A model generated the notes under the pieces. The model was not told where the DNA came from and did no database searches. It saw only the letters and a list, made by a program, of their open reading frames with translations. A stretch of DNA of 50,996 bases from Chiloscyllium plagiosum. Lineage: Eukaryota. The stretch spans positions 14,649,366 to 14,700,361 of the forward strand of contig NC_057753.1 of the NCBI RefSeq assembly GCF_004010195.1, in the 5' to 3' direction. This document shows, one piece after another, positions 12,001 to 24,994 of this stretch. Within the stretch, counting starts at the first letter, position 1, and each line of letters opens with the position of its first letter. The translations under genes and the position numbers were made by a program.

Positions 12001-12184
12001 CAATCCACTGGAATGTCTGAATTACTCCCGGTGCAACGTGGAAAAGAGGTAATGATTAGGAAGGTGGTATAGTTCAACACGTGGTTAAAGAACTAGTACG
12101 GGGACAGAGTTTCAACTTTTGGATCATTCGGTTCTCTTCCAGGGCAAGTGAGAGCTTTCAAAAATGGACAGGTTGCATCTTAAC
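12001..12184 (+). mobile_element. Degenerate CR1 ORF1 (SGNH esterase-like) fragment inside a (TG/AG)n tract
   Basis: Translates, with stops and frameshifts, as SELLPV..FNTWLKN..LDH..LFQGK..MDRLHLN. Confidence 0.55.
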
Positions 12185-12401
12185 GTGTGTGTGAGAGTGA
12201 GTGTGTGTGAGAGAGAGAGAGTGTGTGTGTGTGAGAGAGAGTGAGTGTGCGTGTGTGAGTATTTTTCTCTGCACAAACCATCCACTGAGATTTCCAGATG
12301 TGAAATTCATCATCCAACCTGGACATCTGGACGGTTTTTGCCTCTTGTTTTATAGAGTACAGACCTGGCAATATATGAGACGATTAGTGTGTGTGTGGCT
12401 A

Positions 12402-13192
12402 AGACCATAACACCATGAGACGTAGGAGCAGAAATCAGGCCATTCAGCCCATCGAGTCTGCTCCTCCATTCAATCATGGCTGATAAGTTTCTCAACCACA
12501 TTCTCTATGTAACCCTTGATCCCCTTGATACTCAAGAACCTATCTATCTCAATCTTAAATATACTCAGTGACCTGGCTTTCATAGCCTTCTGTGGCAATG
12601 AATTCCATAGATTCACCATTCTCTGGATGAATAGGTCTCTCTGTATCTCCCGTTCCAAAAGGTCCAACCCATTACTCTAAGGCTGTGCCCTCGGTTCATA
12701 ATCTCTCCTACCAACAGAAACATCTTCCCAACATCCAATCTGTCCAGGCCATTCAGTATTCCCTGTGTTTCAATCTGATCCCCCCTTATCCTTCTAAACT
12801 CCATCGGGTATAAACCCAGAGAGCTCAAATGTTCCTCATATGTTAAGCTTTTCATTACGGGTACCATTCCCATAGAGCTCCCCTGAACACGTCCCAAAGC
12901 CAGTACATCCCTCATGGGATACGGGGCTTAAAACCACACACAATACTCCAAATGTGGTCTGACCAGAGCCTCAGAAGTACATCCCTGCTTTTATATTCAA
13001 GTCCTCTCAAAATAAATGCCATCGTTGCATCTGCCTTCCTAATTACTGACTCAACCTGCAAGTTTACCTTGGGAGAATTCTGAACTGGAATGCCCAAGTC
13101 TCTTTGAACTTCAAACTTCCGAATTTTCTCCCCATTTGGAAAAGTGTCCATGCCTCTATTCTTCCTGCCAAAGTGCATCACCTCACACTTTC
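12402..13192 (-). mobile_element. CR1-type LINE 3' fragment
   Basis: Minus ORFs MHFGRKNRG..RGLEYKSRDVLLRL and LGRVQ..LGLYPMEFRRIRGD. Confidence 0.88.
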
Positions 13193-13866
13193 TCTGTGAA
13201 ATGGGAATCTTCCTGAGTACCTAGAACGGGAGACTGTTTGAGGGGAAAACCAGGATAAAACTAAATAGCGAAGCTAAGAGGTTTCTCAAAGCAGATACTT
13301 TGCCGAGTTGTACAGATAAAGCTGCTTCCACAGAGAACATTATGTGAAATTATCGTGAGGGCGTCATTAATTCCTGAGCATCAAAGTGATGTGTGTGATT
13401 ACTGTAAATTGAAGTGACCCATTGACGTTTACGTGCGTCCCAGGTCTGCCCTTGTCCGGGACACACTCAAACTATTGAGATATGATTCATTCATGTGGTT
13501 TGGGGGATAGATGTGGCCAGACAGAGACAGAGTGAGGAGAATGTGTCTATGTTAAATGGACAGACTGTACCTTAGTTTGCAACAGTAAATCTCACGGAAT
13601 AATAACTGATGAATTTTGGGTCAGACTGTTGAAGAATGTGTACGAATATTGTGAGAGGGAAGCTATTTTTTGGAGGGTGGTAGTGATCAAGAGTGAAATC
13701 CAGTGAGTGTTATGTTCCCGAATGGACAACTTTAGGAAAATAATACCAACTGACGAAAGCAATGCCATGAGTAAAGTGTGAAAAATGGGTGCCATCTGCT
13801 TCAAATACCAGACAAAGAACAGTCACTAACTGGGAGAGAGTTTTTGTCAGGAAGTGTAGGACTGTG

Positions 13867-13923
13867 TGAATACTAACGTCAAGCTTATCTTTGGAGGTGG
13901 GACCAGACTGATCGTGGAGCCAA
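13867..13923 (+). CDS. TRAJ: J16, family A, NTNVKLIFGGGTRLIVEP
   Basis: RSS 13839-13866 (heptamer GACTGTG); donor GTAAGT. Confidence 0.9.
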
Positions 13924-14362
13924 GTAAGTGTTGGGGATTGTCACAGAATAATGTCCACTGGCTGGTGTTGGATAGCGATCACGAGTAGGTCAGCAGAGAT
14001 AATGATTCCCCAGACCACAGATACGGTACAGCAAGGGATACGGTACTCGGTGTAACATCCCCAGATTATCGGTGGGACTGACACACCAGACGCACTGCTT
14101 TGGGTTGGGATCAGGAGGGTTTTTATCAAAAAAAAGATAGGCGCTGGATTAGAAGTACTTCCACAGGATTAGTGTTTGTATCACAGCATTGAAGAATGGC
14201 ATAGCGATTCCCCAAGTCTACTGACCAGAGAATAAAGATGGTAACAATGAGTTAGTAATGTTCGTAAAGCGGGTGCCATCTGGTTGCAGTGGCATTGGGG
14301 GGTACAGACACAGAACAGGCACTAACTGGGAGAGAGTTTTTGTCAGGAAGTGTAGGGCTGTG

Positions 14363-14422
14363 TGAATGAGAACACCTACAAGCTTATCTTTGGAGGTGGG
14401 ACCAGACTGATAGTGGAGCCAA
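14363..14422 (+). CDS. TRAJ: J17, family A, NENTYKLIFGGGTRLIVEP
   Basis: RSS 14335-14362; donor GTAAGT. Confidence 0.9.
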
Positions 14423-14686
14423 GTAAGTGCTGGGGATTTTTACAGGATAATGTCCACGGGCTGACCCACCAGGCAGAGCCTGGATCAGGAGAATTTTTAT
14501 TAAGAAAAGCAGTTCGGCTCTAATTCACATCAGTGTTGGTTTAGAAAGTACTGTGATAGGGGTGAGTGTCTGTGGGACAGCATTGAAGAATGGCATAGCA
14601 TGTGCCCCAAGTGTACCCACCAAAGAATAAAGATGGTAATGATCACTCCACTGGGGTGGGTTTTTGCTGGGGGATGCAGTGCTGTG

Positions 14687-14749
14687 TGAATGCTGGAGTT
14701 GGTAATAAGCTTACCTTTGGAGAGGGGACAAAGTTAACTGTGGAACCAA
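14687..14749 (+). CDS. TRAJ: J18, family B, NAGVGNKLTFGEGTKLTVEP
   Basis: RSS 14659-14686; donor GTAGGT. Confidence 0.9.
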
Positions 14750-15616
14750 GTAGGTATTCAGTAACACCCCAACACAGCTTTGTCTGTTATGTGACTCTGT
14801 ATGTGTGTCTGTGTGTACATATGTGGGAGAGAGTGTGTATTTTATCACTGTACAAAGAATCTGAGATCTCCACATGTGAAATTCATGGGACGGTGTACGC
14901 CTCTTTGCTTTATAGAACGTAGACCCTACAATGTCTGAGGGGATTCACATTGTGTGGATTGAAGTGGTAATCTTCCTGAGAACCTGGATAAAGGGGAAAT
15001 GTTCAGGAGAATCCAAGGCTACAATTAGATAGCTCCTCCAGGAGAGAAATCACCAAGCAGGAACATTAGAGTACATTATTTATATAGAAAATATTGTGAG
15101 CTCCTTATTACGTCTGGAGCATCAAATCATGTATTCATTTCGTTGAATTTGAACACCTTGACATCTCCGTATGCCCCAGGTCTGCCCTTGTCTAGGGCAC
15201 TCGCAACCCACTGAGATATGGTTCACTAATATGGTTAGGGGGATAGAGGGGGGCAGAGAGAGAGTCAAAGAGAGAGGGAGTGAGGAGAATCTTCCTGTGA
15301 CAAACAGAGAGACACGACCTTTCATTGCAACAGAATAGTAACTGATTCTGGCAGTTTGGCTCAGATGGCTTAAGGAAGGTTGTGAATGTTATGAGAGGGA
15401 AGCGAATTTTGGGAATCTGTTTCCAAATCAGAGGAGAATGCATAGACTTTTATTTCTGAGTGGACAACTTCAAGAAACTGACTACAACTCTTAGAAGCAA
15501 TGTCATGCGTAATGTAAATAAAGTGGCTCCCGTCTGGTTGAAATGGCATTGGGTGGTACAGACACAGAACAGGCACTAACTCAGACAGGGTTTTTGTCAG
15601 AGAGTGAAAGGCTGTG

Positions 15617-15673
15617 TGAGTGATAACGTCAAGCTTAGCTTCGGAGGTGGGACCAGACTGATAGTGGAGCCAA
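15617..15673 (+). CDS. TRAJ: J19, family A, SDNVKLSFGGGTRLIVEP
   Basis: RSS 15589-15616; donor GTAAGT. Confidence 0.9.
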
Positions 15674-16036
15674 GTAAGTACAGAATCATGTCCATGGGCT
15701 TGTTTTGGATAGTGATCACGAGTAGGTCAGCAGGGATAGTTAATTCCCCAGATCGCAGGGATACCATACTCAGGGTAACAACCCGAGTTTATCGGTGGGG
15801 CTGACACACCAGGCACTCTGCTCTGAGTTGGGATCAGAACTTTTATTTCAAATAAAAAGCAGACGGGGCCTAATTCACATCAGTGCTGGTTTAGAAAATA
15901 CTTCCACAGGGTTAGTGTCTGTATCACAACATTGAAGAATGGCATAGCGTGTGTCGCATGTGTACCCACCAGAGAATAAGGGTGGCAATGAGCATTCCCA
16001 CTGGGGTGGGTTTTTACTGAGGGGCACAGAGCTGTG

Positions 16037-16099
16037 TGAATGCTGGAGTTGCTAATCAGCTTATCTTTGGAGAGGGGACAAAGTTAACTGTGAAACCGA
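16037..16099 (+). CDS. TRAJ: J20, family B, NAGVANQLIFGEGTKLTVKP (same peptide as J15)
   Basis: RSS 16009-16036 (GGTTTTTAC / AGCTGTG); donor GTAGGT. Confidence 0.87.
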
Positions 16100-16139
16100 G
16101 TAGGTAGTCAGATACACCTCTGTCCTGTTTACCTCTGTT

Positions 16140-16174
<35 letters not shown>

Positions 16175-16399
16175 TGTCTGTATATATGTGTGTGTGTGCA
16201 TGCGTGTGTATGTGCAAGCATGCTTGTGTGTGTGTGCGTCTGTGTGACTGTGTCTGTGTGTGTGTGTATGTATTTTTCTTTGTACAAACCATCCACTGAG
16301 ATTTCCACGTGTGAAATTCATCACCAAATCTGGACGGAATTTGCGGATTTTGTTTTATACAGTACCTGACAATATATGAGGCGATTAGGGTGTGTAGAT

Positions 16400-17035
16400 T
16401 AGATCATAACACCATACGCCATAAGAGCAGAAATTAGTCCATTCAGCCCATCGAGTCTGCGCCTCCATTCAAGCATGGCTGATAAGTTTCTCAACCCCAT
16501 TCTCTACATGACCATTGATCCCCTTGATACTCAAGAACCTATCTGTCTCAGTCTTAATTTTACTCAATGACCTGGCCTCCACAGCCTTCTGTAGCAATGA
16601 ATTCCAATGATTCACACTCTGTGGCTGAAGACGTTTCTCATCTCCATTCTAAAAGGTTTTCCGTTTACTCTAAGATAGTGCCCTCGGGTCCTAGTCTCTC
16701 CTACCAATGGAAACATTTTCCCAGCATCCACTCTGTCCAGGCCATTCTCTGTGTTTCAGTCAGATCCCCCTCTCATCCTTCTAAACTCCATTGGGTATAA
16801 ACCCAGAGACCTTAAACCTTCTTCATATGTTAAGCTTTTCATTCCTGGGAGCATTCTCTGAACACACGCCAGGGCCAGCACATCCCTCCTGAGATGTGGG
16901 GCCCAAATCTGTGCTCATTTCTACAAATGTGGTCAGACCAGAGCCTTGGAGAGCCTCAGAAGTACATCCCTGCTTTTATATTCAAGTCCTCGCAAAATAA
17001 ATGCGATCATTACATTTTCCTTCCTAACTACTGAC
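16400..17035 (-). mobile_element. CR1-type LINE fragment, duplicated copy of the 12402 insertion
   Basis: Colinear with 12402-13050 and at the same host position. Confidence 0.85.
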
Positions 17036-17124
17036 CAATCTCTGCTTGAAATAGCATTGGGGGATACAGACACAGAACAGGCACTAACTCAGACAGGGTT
17101 TTTGTCAGGAAGTGTAGGGCTGTG

Positions 17125-17184
17125 TGGATGCTAACACCGGCAGGTTCATCTTTGGCGGTGGGACCAGACTGATAGTGGAGCCAA
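17125..17184 (+). CDS. TRAJ: J21, family A, DANTGRFIFGGGTRLIVEP
   Basis: RSS 17097-17124; donor GTAAGT. Confidence 0.9.
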
Positions 17185-17623
17185 GTAAGTGTTGAGGATT
17201 GTCACATAATAATGTCCATGGGCGTGTGTTGGATAGTGACCATGGGTAGGTCAGCAGAGATAATAATTCCCCAGAGCACAGGTAAGGTACAGCAAGGGAT
17301 ATCATACTTGGGGTAAAATCTCCAGATTATTGGTGGGCTAACACGCCAGGCGCTCTGCTCTGAGTTGGGATCCGGAGCCTTTTATCCAAAAAAAAAAGAT
17401 AGACCCTTATTCACATCAGCACTGGATTAGAAAGTATTTCCACAGGGTCAGTGTCTGTATCACAGCATTGTAGAGTAGAGCCGTGTTTCCCCAAGTCTAC
17501 TGACCAGAGAATTAGTAATGTTCGTAAAATGGGTGCCATCTGTTTGAAATTACATTGGGGGGTTACAGACACAGAACAGTCACTAACTCAGACAGGGTTT
17601 TTGTCAGGACGTGTAGGGCTGTG

Positions 17624-17683
17624 TGGATGGTAACGCCGGCAGGCTCACCTTTGGAGCTGGGACCAGACTGATAGTGGAGCCAA
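17624..17683 (+). CDS. TRAJ: J22, family A, DGNAGRLTFGAGTRLIVEP
   Basis: RSS 17596-17623; donor GTAAGT. Confidence 0.9.
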
Positions 17684-18063
17684 GTAAGTGTTGGGAATTG
17701 TCACAGTACAATGTCCACGGGCTTGTGTTGGAGAGTGACCACGAGTAGGTCAGCAGAGATAATAATTCCCCAGCGCACAGCTACAGCACAGCAAGGGATA
17801 CCGTACTCGGGGTAAAATTCCCAGATTATCGGTGAGGCTGACCCACCAGGCAGAGTCTGGATCCGGAGAATTTTTATTAAGAAAAGCAGCTCGGCTCGAA
17901 TTCACATCAGTGTTGGTTTGGAAAGTACTGTGATAGGGTTAGTGTCTGTGGGACAGCATTGAAGAATGGCATAGCATGTGCCCCAAGAGTATCCACCAGA
18001 GAATAAAGATGGTAATGAACGCTCTCACTGTGGTGGGTTTTTGCTGGGGGACGCAGTGCTGTG

Positions 18064-18126
18064 TGAATACTGGAGCTGGTTATAAGCTTATCTTTGGAAA
18101 GGGGACAAAGTTAACCGTGGAGCCAA
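18064..18126 (+). CDS. TRAJ: J23, family B, NTGAGYKLIFGKGTKLTVEP
   Basis: RSS 18036-18063; donor GTAGGT. Confidence 0.9.
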
Positions 18127-18992
18127 GTAGGTATTCAGTAACACCTCGAAACTGCTGATATCTGTTATGTGACTATCTGTGTGTGTGTGCACGTGTGTGT
18201 GTGCATTTTATCTCTGTACGAAACATCTGCTGAGATTTCCACATGTGAAATTCATCTTGAAAATGGGATGGTTTACGCCTCTTTGCTTTATAGAATGTAG
18301 ACCCTACAATGTCTGAGGGGATTCACATTGTGTGGATTGAAGTGGTAATCTTCCTGAGCGCTTGGATAAAGGGGAAATGTTCAGCAGAATCCAAGGATAC
18401 AATAAAATAGCTCATCCAGGAGAGGATTCTCCAAGCAGGAACATTAGAGGACATTATTTCTATAGAAATTATTGTGAGCACCAAATTGATATGTTCATTT
18501 CTTTAAATATAAACTTACACCTCGAAATCTCGTTGTGTCCCAGGTCTGCCCTTGTCTAGGCTACACTCAACCCACTGAGATATGGTTCATTAATATGGTT
18601 AGGGGGATAGAGGGGGGCAGAGAGAGAGAGAGAGAGAGAGAGTCAAAGAGAGAGGGAGTGAGGAGAATCTCCCTGTGACAGAGAGACACGACCTTTCATT
18701 GCAACAGAATAGTAATTGATTCTGGCAGTTTGGCTCAGATGGCTTAAGGAAAGTTGTGAATGTTGTGAGAGGGAAGCGAATTTTGGGAATCTGTTTCCAA
18801 ATCAGAGGAGAATGCATAGACTTTTGTTTCTGAGTGGACAACTTCAAGAAACTGATTATAACTCTTAGAAGTAATGTCATGCGTAATGTAAATAAAGTGA
18901 GTGCCATCTGGTTGAAATGGCACTGGGCGGGGGACAGACACAGAACAGGCACTAACTCAGACAGGGTTTTTGTCAGGAAGTGTGGGGCTGTG

Positions 18993-19052
18993 TGAGTGAT
19001 AACACCGGCAGACTCATCTTTGGCGGTGGGACCAGACTGATAGTGGAGCCAA
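18993..19052 (+). CDS. TRAJ: J24, family A, SDNTGRLIFGGGTRLIVEP
   Basis: RSS 18965-18992; donor GTAAGT. Confidence 0.9.
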
Positions 19053-19428
19053 GTAAGTGTTGGGATTGTCACGGAATCATGCCCACGGGCTTGTGTTGGA
19101 GAGCGATAATGAGTAGGTCAGCAGAGATAATAATTCCCCAGACCACAGATACAGTACAGCAAGGAATACCGTACTCAGGGTAACATCCCCAGATTATCGG
19201 TGGGGCTGACACACCAGGAGCTTTGCTCTCAGTTGGGATCAGGAGAACATTTATATATAAAAAGCAGATATGCCCTAATTCACATAGAAATTACTCCCAC
19301 AGGGTTAGTGTCTATATCACAGCATTGCAGAAGGGCACAACATGTGGCACGAATTTACCCACCAGAGAATAAAGATGGTAATGATCACGCCACTGGGGTG
19401 GGTTTTTGTTGTGGGGCGCAGTGCTGTG

Positions 19429-19491
19429 TGTCTGGTGGAGGTTTTACTCAGCTTATCTTTGGAGAGGGGACAAAGTTAACGGTGGAACCCA
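19429..19491 (+). CDS. TRAJ: J25, family B, SGGGFTQLIFGEGTKLTVEP
   Basis: RSS 19401-19428; donor GTAAGT. Confidence 0.9.
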
Positions 19492-19708
19492 GTAAGTATT
19501 CCTGGAGAATGTAGATGGTCAATCTATTTTCAGGCTGGAGCGTTCGCTTTCAGTCTTAATTCCCGACAAAAAAAAATGATAATTCTGCACGTTGACATAT
19601 CCTTGATAATTGGAACCCTTATGATTTCTCGATTATTCCTTTGTGGTTGAGGTGTGGCGTCAGTACAGATATGAAATCGGTTTCTTGAGTAAGCAGAATA
19701 TAATGGCA

Positions 19709-19911
19709 GTCAAAATGTGTGGTGCTGGAAAAGCACAGCAGGTCAGGCAGCATCCGAGGAGCAGGAGAGTCAGCGTTTAAGGCATAACGTTATTCCTGAT
19801 GAAGGGTTCATGCCCGAAACATTGACTCTTCCGCTCCTCGGATGCTGCCCTAACCAGCCTCCTCGCGTTTTTGACTCTGATCTCCAGCATCTGTAGCCCT
19901 CACTTTCTCCT
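19709..19911. mobile_element. Palindromic Penelope-derived short insert with hammerhead-like core
   Basis: CAGCATCCGAGGAGC...GCTCCTCGGATGCTG arms; CTGATGA 19796-19802, GAAA 19816-19819. Confidence 0.75.
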
Positions 19912-19968
19912 AGGATATAATGGCAGCTGGTCGAAGGCTGGGTTTTTGTTGTGGGGCGCAGTGCTGTG

Positions 19969-20031
19969 CGTATGCTGGAGCTACTGGCAAGCTTACCTTT
20001 GGAGAAGGGACCAAGTTGACCGTGGAGCCAA
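19969..20031 (+). CDS. TRAJ: J26, family B, YAGATGKLTFGEGTKLTVEP
   Basis: RSS 19941-19968; donor GTAGGT. Confidence 0.9.
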
Positions 20032-21065
20032 GTAGGTATTCAGAAACAGCTCCTGGCTGTCCACGTCCTGATCCATCTCTCTGTTCCCTGCCCACAATTC
20101 ATCTCTCAGCGTTCAATGGCTCCTGGGGTGTCTCCAGACTTTATTCTCTGGAGCGAGGGACTGGCTAGAATATAGAATACGAGATGAGTCTTGATTTGAG
20201 AGGATTCTGGGTGAGTGTTGGGATTAGAGTCAAATATATCAGGGGAGCAGCATGACAGTAAAAGATTTCCCTTGAGAGGAGCTGACCGGCCGGAGTGAGA
20301 GACTAGTTTCTCTGGCCTTATTTCTAATCCCAATCATGATGATGTTGTGATGAATTCCTGGACGTTGAAAGAAATATAAGAGGCAGGAGCTGATTTCTGC
20401 TGATGCGTAGCACTCTCTCAATACATTCCTATCTCCGTATCACTTTCTGTGGAGAATACCGAGGACTGAGATGATTATTCCAGTCTATTGTGTGCAGTTA
20501 TAAGCTGAGGAAGAATGTAGCTGGATTAGAGGCAGAGGATGGTTACCCAATTCTTCCAAACGATGAGGAGGTTTGTCTTGTGAAAGGTGATGGAGCACGC
20601 TAGGTCCATTCTTTCTGTGGTTTCCCAAGATTGAGAGGAGATCGCATTGATGTTAAAGGGGGGGGGGGGGCGTCTCACAAAGCAGGTGCAGAGGGGATGG
20701 CCCCTGACATAGAGGCGAAATCTAGAATGAGAGGGTTATGGGTCCAGGATAAGGCCGAAAACACAGACGGGGGGAAATGACTTCTCTCAAAGGCTGTTGA
20801 ATGCGTGGACCTCACGCCCACAGACTGCAATGGGATGCTGGGACATTGAGTAAACGTAAGGAGGAGAGAGAGAGACTGATTCTGAATGAGGAATGGGTTA
20901 AAGGGTGATGGGGAGAGGGCTGGAGAGTGAGGTGGAGGTGGAGGTGAGGTCAGTCACGATACTGTGGAATGCCAGAAGAGGTTAGAGGGGCTCCATGGGC
21001 CTCCCGCTGCTTCTGCATTCCATGCTTCAAGAGGCTGGGTTTCTGCTGTGGGGCGTATTGCTGTG

Positions 21066-21128
21066 TGAATGCCGCAGGTGGATATAAGCTTACCTTTGGA
21101 GAAGGGACAAAGTTAACTGTGAAGCCAA
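21066..21128 (+). CDS. TRAJ: J27, family B, NAAGGYKLTFGEGTKLTVKP
   Basis: RSS 21038-21065 (nonamer GGTTTCTGC); donor GTAGGT. Confidence 0.87.
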
Positions 21129-21249
21129 GTAGGTATTCAGTAACACCTCAGCACTGTTTACATCTAGTGTGTGTGTGTGTGTGTGGGTGTGGGGGTGTAT
21201 GTGTGGGTGTGGGGGTATATGTGTGCGCGTGTGCGTGTGTACGCGTGTG

Positions 21250-21635
21250 ATAATCCCAGAGTCCTTAAACCTTCCTCATATGTTAAGCTTTTCATTCCTG
21301 GGACGATGCTCATGAACCTGCTCTGAACACGCTCCAGGGCCAAGTACATCCCTCCTGAGGTATGAAGCCCAAAACTGCACACAATACTCCGAATGTGGTC
21401 TGAGCAGAGCCTTTTAGAGCCTCAGAAGTGCATCCCTGATTTTATATTCAAGTTCTCTCGAAATAAATGCCGCCACTGCATTTGCCCTCCTAATTACTGA
21501 CTCAACCTGCAAGTTTATCTTGTGAGAATCCCGAACTGGGATGCCCAAGCCTCTTTGCACTTCAAACTTCTGAACCTTCTCCCCATTTGGAAAATAGTCC
21601 ATGTTTCTATTCTTCCTGCACGACCTCACGCTTTC
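21250..21635 (-). mobile_element. CR1-type LINE fragment, third copy of the 12402 insertion
   Basis: Same right-hand junction CCTCAC(A/G)CTTTCT(C/G)TGTGAAAT as at ~13190. Confidence 0.82.
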
Positions 21636-22263
21636 TGTGTGAAATTGGAGTCTTCCGGAGTACCTGACTCAGGGGAAACAGTTCAGGGGTGAGCAAGGAT
21701 AGAATGAAATAGCCTCTCAAAGCAGAAACGCTGTTGAGCTGGACTGAGAAAGTTATTTCCACAGGGAACATTGTTTCAATACAAGGTAGCAAGACATTCT
21801 CATTAATTCCTGAGCACCAAGTCAATGCGTGCAATTTCTGTAAATATGAACTGCTGTCTTGAAATCTTATTCAGAACAGACACAAACCACTGAGATATGA
21901 TTGGTTGTTGTGGTTAGGAGAATTAAGGGGGCCAGAGAGTGAGGACAAGCTGAGATGGATAGAGTGTACGTTAGTTTGCAACAGTAAATCTCACAGAATA
22001 ATACATAATCGTTGAAGTTTGTGTCAGACTGTTTCAGGATGTGTCGTACTTATTGTGAGAGGGAAGCTAATTTTCCGAAGTTGATTGAGAGAGGGATCCA
22101 GTGAGCGATGTGTTCCGAGTGGACAACTTTGGGAAAATGAGACCAACAATGTCATGAGCAATGTGTGTAAAATGGGTGCCATCTCGTTGAAATTGCATTG
22201 GAGTTGCAGACACAGAACAGCAGTAACTCAGAGACTGTTTTTGTGAGGAAGTGTAGGGCTGTG

Positions 22264-22323
22264 TGAGTGATATCACCAACAAGCTTATCTTTGGAGGTGG
22301 GACCAGGCTGATAGTGGAGCCAA
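22264..22323 (+). CDS. TRAJ: J28, family A, SDITNKLIFGGGTRLIVEP
   Basis: RSS 22236-22263; donor GTAAGT. Confidence 0.9.
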
Positions 22324-22699
22324 GTAAGTGTTGGGGATTTTCAGAAAATAACTTCAACGGGATTGTGATCACGAGTAGGTCAGCAGAGATAATAATTCCC
22401 CAGACCACAGATGCGGTACACCAAGGGCTACCCTACTTGGGGTAACATCCCCGGATTATCGGTGGGGTTGACGCACCAGATGCACTGCTCTGAGTTGGGA
22501 TCAGGAGGGTTTTATCAAAAAAGAAGATAGGGCCTATTTCACATCAGCACTGGCTTAGTAAATACTTCCACAGAGTTAGTATCTGTATCACAATATTTAA
22601 AAATTGCATAGCCTGTACCCTAAGGGTACCCACCAGAGCATAAAGGTGGTATTGATCACTCCACTGGGGTGGGTTTTTGCTAAAGGGTGCAGTGCTGTG

Positions 22700-22762
22700 T
22701 GAATGATGGAGCTGGTTATAAGCTTATCTTTGGAGAGGGGACAAAGTTAACCGTGGAGCCAA
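22700..22762 (+). CDS. TRAJ: J29, family B, NDGAGYKLIFGEGTKLTVEP
   Basis: RSS 22672-22699; donor GTAGGT. Confidence 0.9.
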
Positions 22763-23627
22763 GTAGGTATTCAGAAACACCCCGACACAGCTTATGTCTA
22801 TTACGAGAGTTTGTGTCTGTCTATTCTGTCGATGCAAAGCATCCATTAATATCTCAGCACGTGAAATTTATCTTGACTGTCAGTCGGACTCCACCTTTTT
22901 ACTTTATAGAGTATACACCCTACAATGTCTGGGGCAATTAGCCAGTGTGGATTGAAATGGGAATTTTCCTCAGCTCCTGGATCGGGGAATGGTTCAGAGG
23001 GAAACCTAGGATAGAATTAGATCGTGAAGCCGAGAGGGTCCTCAAAGCAGGAACATTGTCCAGTTGGACAGAGGAAATTCCTTCCACAGAGTACATTATT
23101 TCAATAGAAATTATTGTAATGTTGACATTAATTCCTGAACATCAAATCAAAGTGTTTGATTTCTGGATATATGAACCCATGCTTTGAAATTTACGTGTAA
23201 ATTAGGTCTGCACTTGTCCAGGTCACAGTCATACCATCTATGAATGCAGTTAGGTGGATGGAGACGGGTGGAGAGGGAGACAGTGAGGAGAGTCTATCTG
23301 TGTTTATGGCACAGGCTCTAACTTAGAGTACAACAGTAAATCTCACAGAATGATAACTGACTCTGGGAGTCTGGGTCAGACTGTTTCAGGATGTGTGCGA
23401 ATATGGTGAGAGGGAAGGTATTGTTTGGAAGTTGGTCATGATTGAGATTGGAATCCAACGAGTGTTCATTTCTGAGTGGACATCTTTAGGAAACTGATTC
23501 CAACGCACGAAAGTTATTTCACGGATAAAAATGAGTGCCATCTGCTTGAAATATTTATGGTAGTCCAGACACAGAACAGTCACTAATTGGGAGAAGGTTT
23601 TTTTTTGTCAGGAAGTGTAGGGCTGTG

Positions 23628-23684
23628 TGAATGAAGGCTTCAAGCTTATCTTTGGAGGTGGGACCAGACTGATAGTGAAACCAA
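23628..23684 (+). CDS. TRAJ: J30, family A, NEGFKLIFGGGTRLIVKP
   Basis: RSS 23600-23627 with expanded T run in nonamer; donor GTAAGT. Confidence 0.87.
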
Positions 23685-24070
23685 GTAAGTGTTGGGGATT
23701 GTCACAGAATAATGACCACGGGCTTGTGTTGGAGAGCCATCATGAATAGGTCAGCAGAGATAATAATTCCCCAGACTGCAGATATGATACTGCAAGGGAT
23801 ACCCTACACGGAGGAACATCCCCAGATTATCGGTGGGGCTGACACACTGGGCACTCTGCTCTGAGTTGGGACCAGAAGTTTGTTAAAAAAAAAGGAGGTA
23901 GACCTTAATTCACATCAGTGGTGGCTAAGCAAATACTTCCACAGTGTTAGAGACCTTATCACAGCACTGAACAACTCCATAACCTGTACCCCAGGTGTAC
24001 ACATCAGAGAATAAAGATGGTAATGATCACTCCTCTGGGGTGGGGTTTTGCTGAGGGGTGCAGTGCTGTG

Positions 24071-24134
24071 TGAATAATGGAGCTGGTTATAAGCTTATCT
24101 TTGGAGAAGGGGACAAAGTTAACCGTGGAGCCAA
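24071..24134 (+). pseudogene. TRAJ: J31, family B, +1 frameshift at FGEG
   Basis: TTTGGAGAAGGGGACAAAG; 64 nt instead of 63; could be a base-calling error; RSS 24043-24070. Confidence 0.75.
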
Positions 24135-24994
24135 GTAGGTATTCAGAAACACCCCGACACAGCCTATGTCTATTATGAGAGTTTGTGTGTGTCTATTCTG
24201 TCGATGCAAAGCACCCATTAAGATCTCAATATGTGTAATTCATCTTGACTTTCAGTCAGCTTATGCCTTTTTACTTTATAGAGTATAGACTCTACAGTGT
24301 CTGAGGCGATTAGTCTGTGTGGATTGAAGTGGGAATTTCCCTTAGCTCCTGGGTGAGGGAGAATGGTTCAGGGGAAACCCAGGATAGAATTCAATAGCGA
24401 AGTCGAGAGGCTCCTCAAAGCAGGAACACTGTCCAGTTGGACAGAGAAAATTCCTTCCGCAGAGTACATTATTACAAGAGAAATTATCGTGATGTTCACA
24501 TTAATTCCTGAGCATCAAATCAAAGTGTTTGATTTCCGGATATATGAACCGATGCTTTGAAATCTCCATGTGGCCGAGGTCTGCACTTGTCCAGGCCACA
24601 GTCAAACCATCTATTAATGCAGTTAGGTGGATGGAGACGGGTGGAGAGGGAGACAGTGAGGAGAGTCTATTTGTGCTAACGACATATGCTCTACCTTTGA
24701 TTGCAACAGTAAATCTCACGGTGTAATAAGTGACTCTGGGAGTCTGGGTCAGACTGTTTAAGGATGTGTGTGAATATGGTGAGAGGGAAGGTAATATTTG
24801 GAAGTTGGTCATGATTGAGATTGGAATCCAATGAGTGTTCGTTTCCGAGTGGACAACTTTAGGAAACTGATTCCAACGCATGGAAGTAATTTCATGGATA
24901 AAATGGGTACCATCTGGTTGAAATGGTCATAGCGGTCCAAACACAGAACAGACACTAACTGGGAGAGGTTTTTGTCAGGAAGTGTAGGGCTGTG

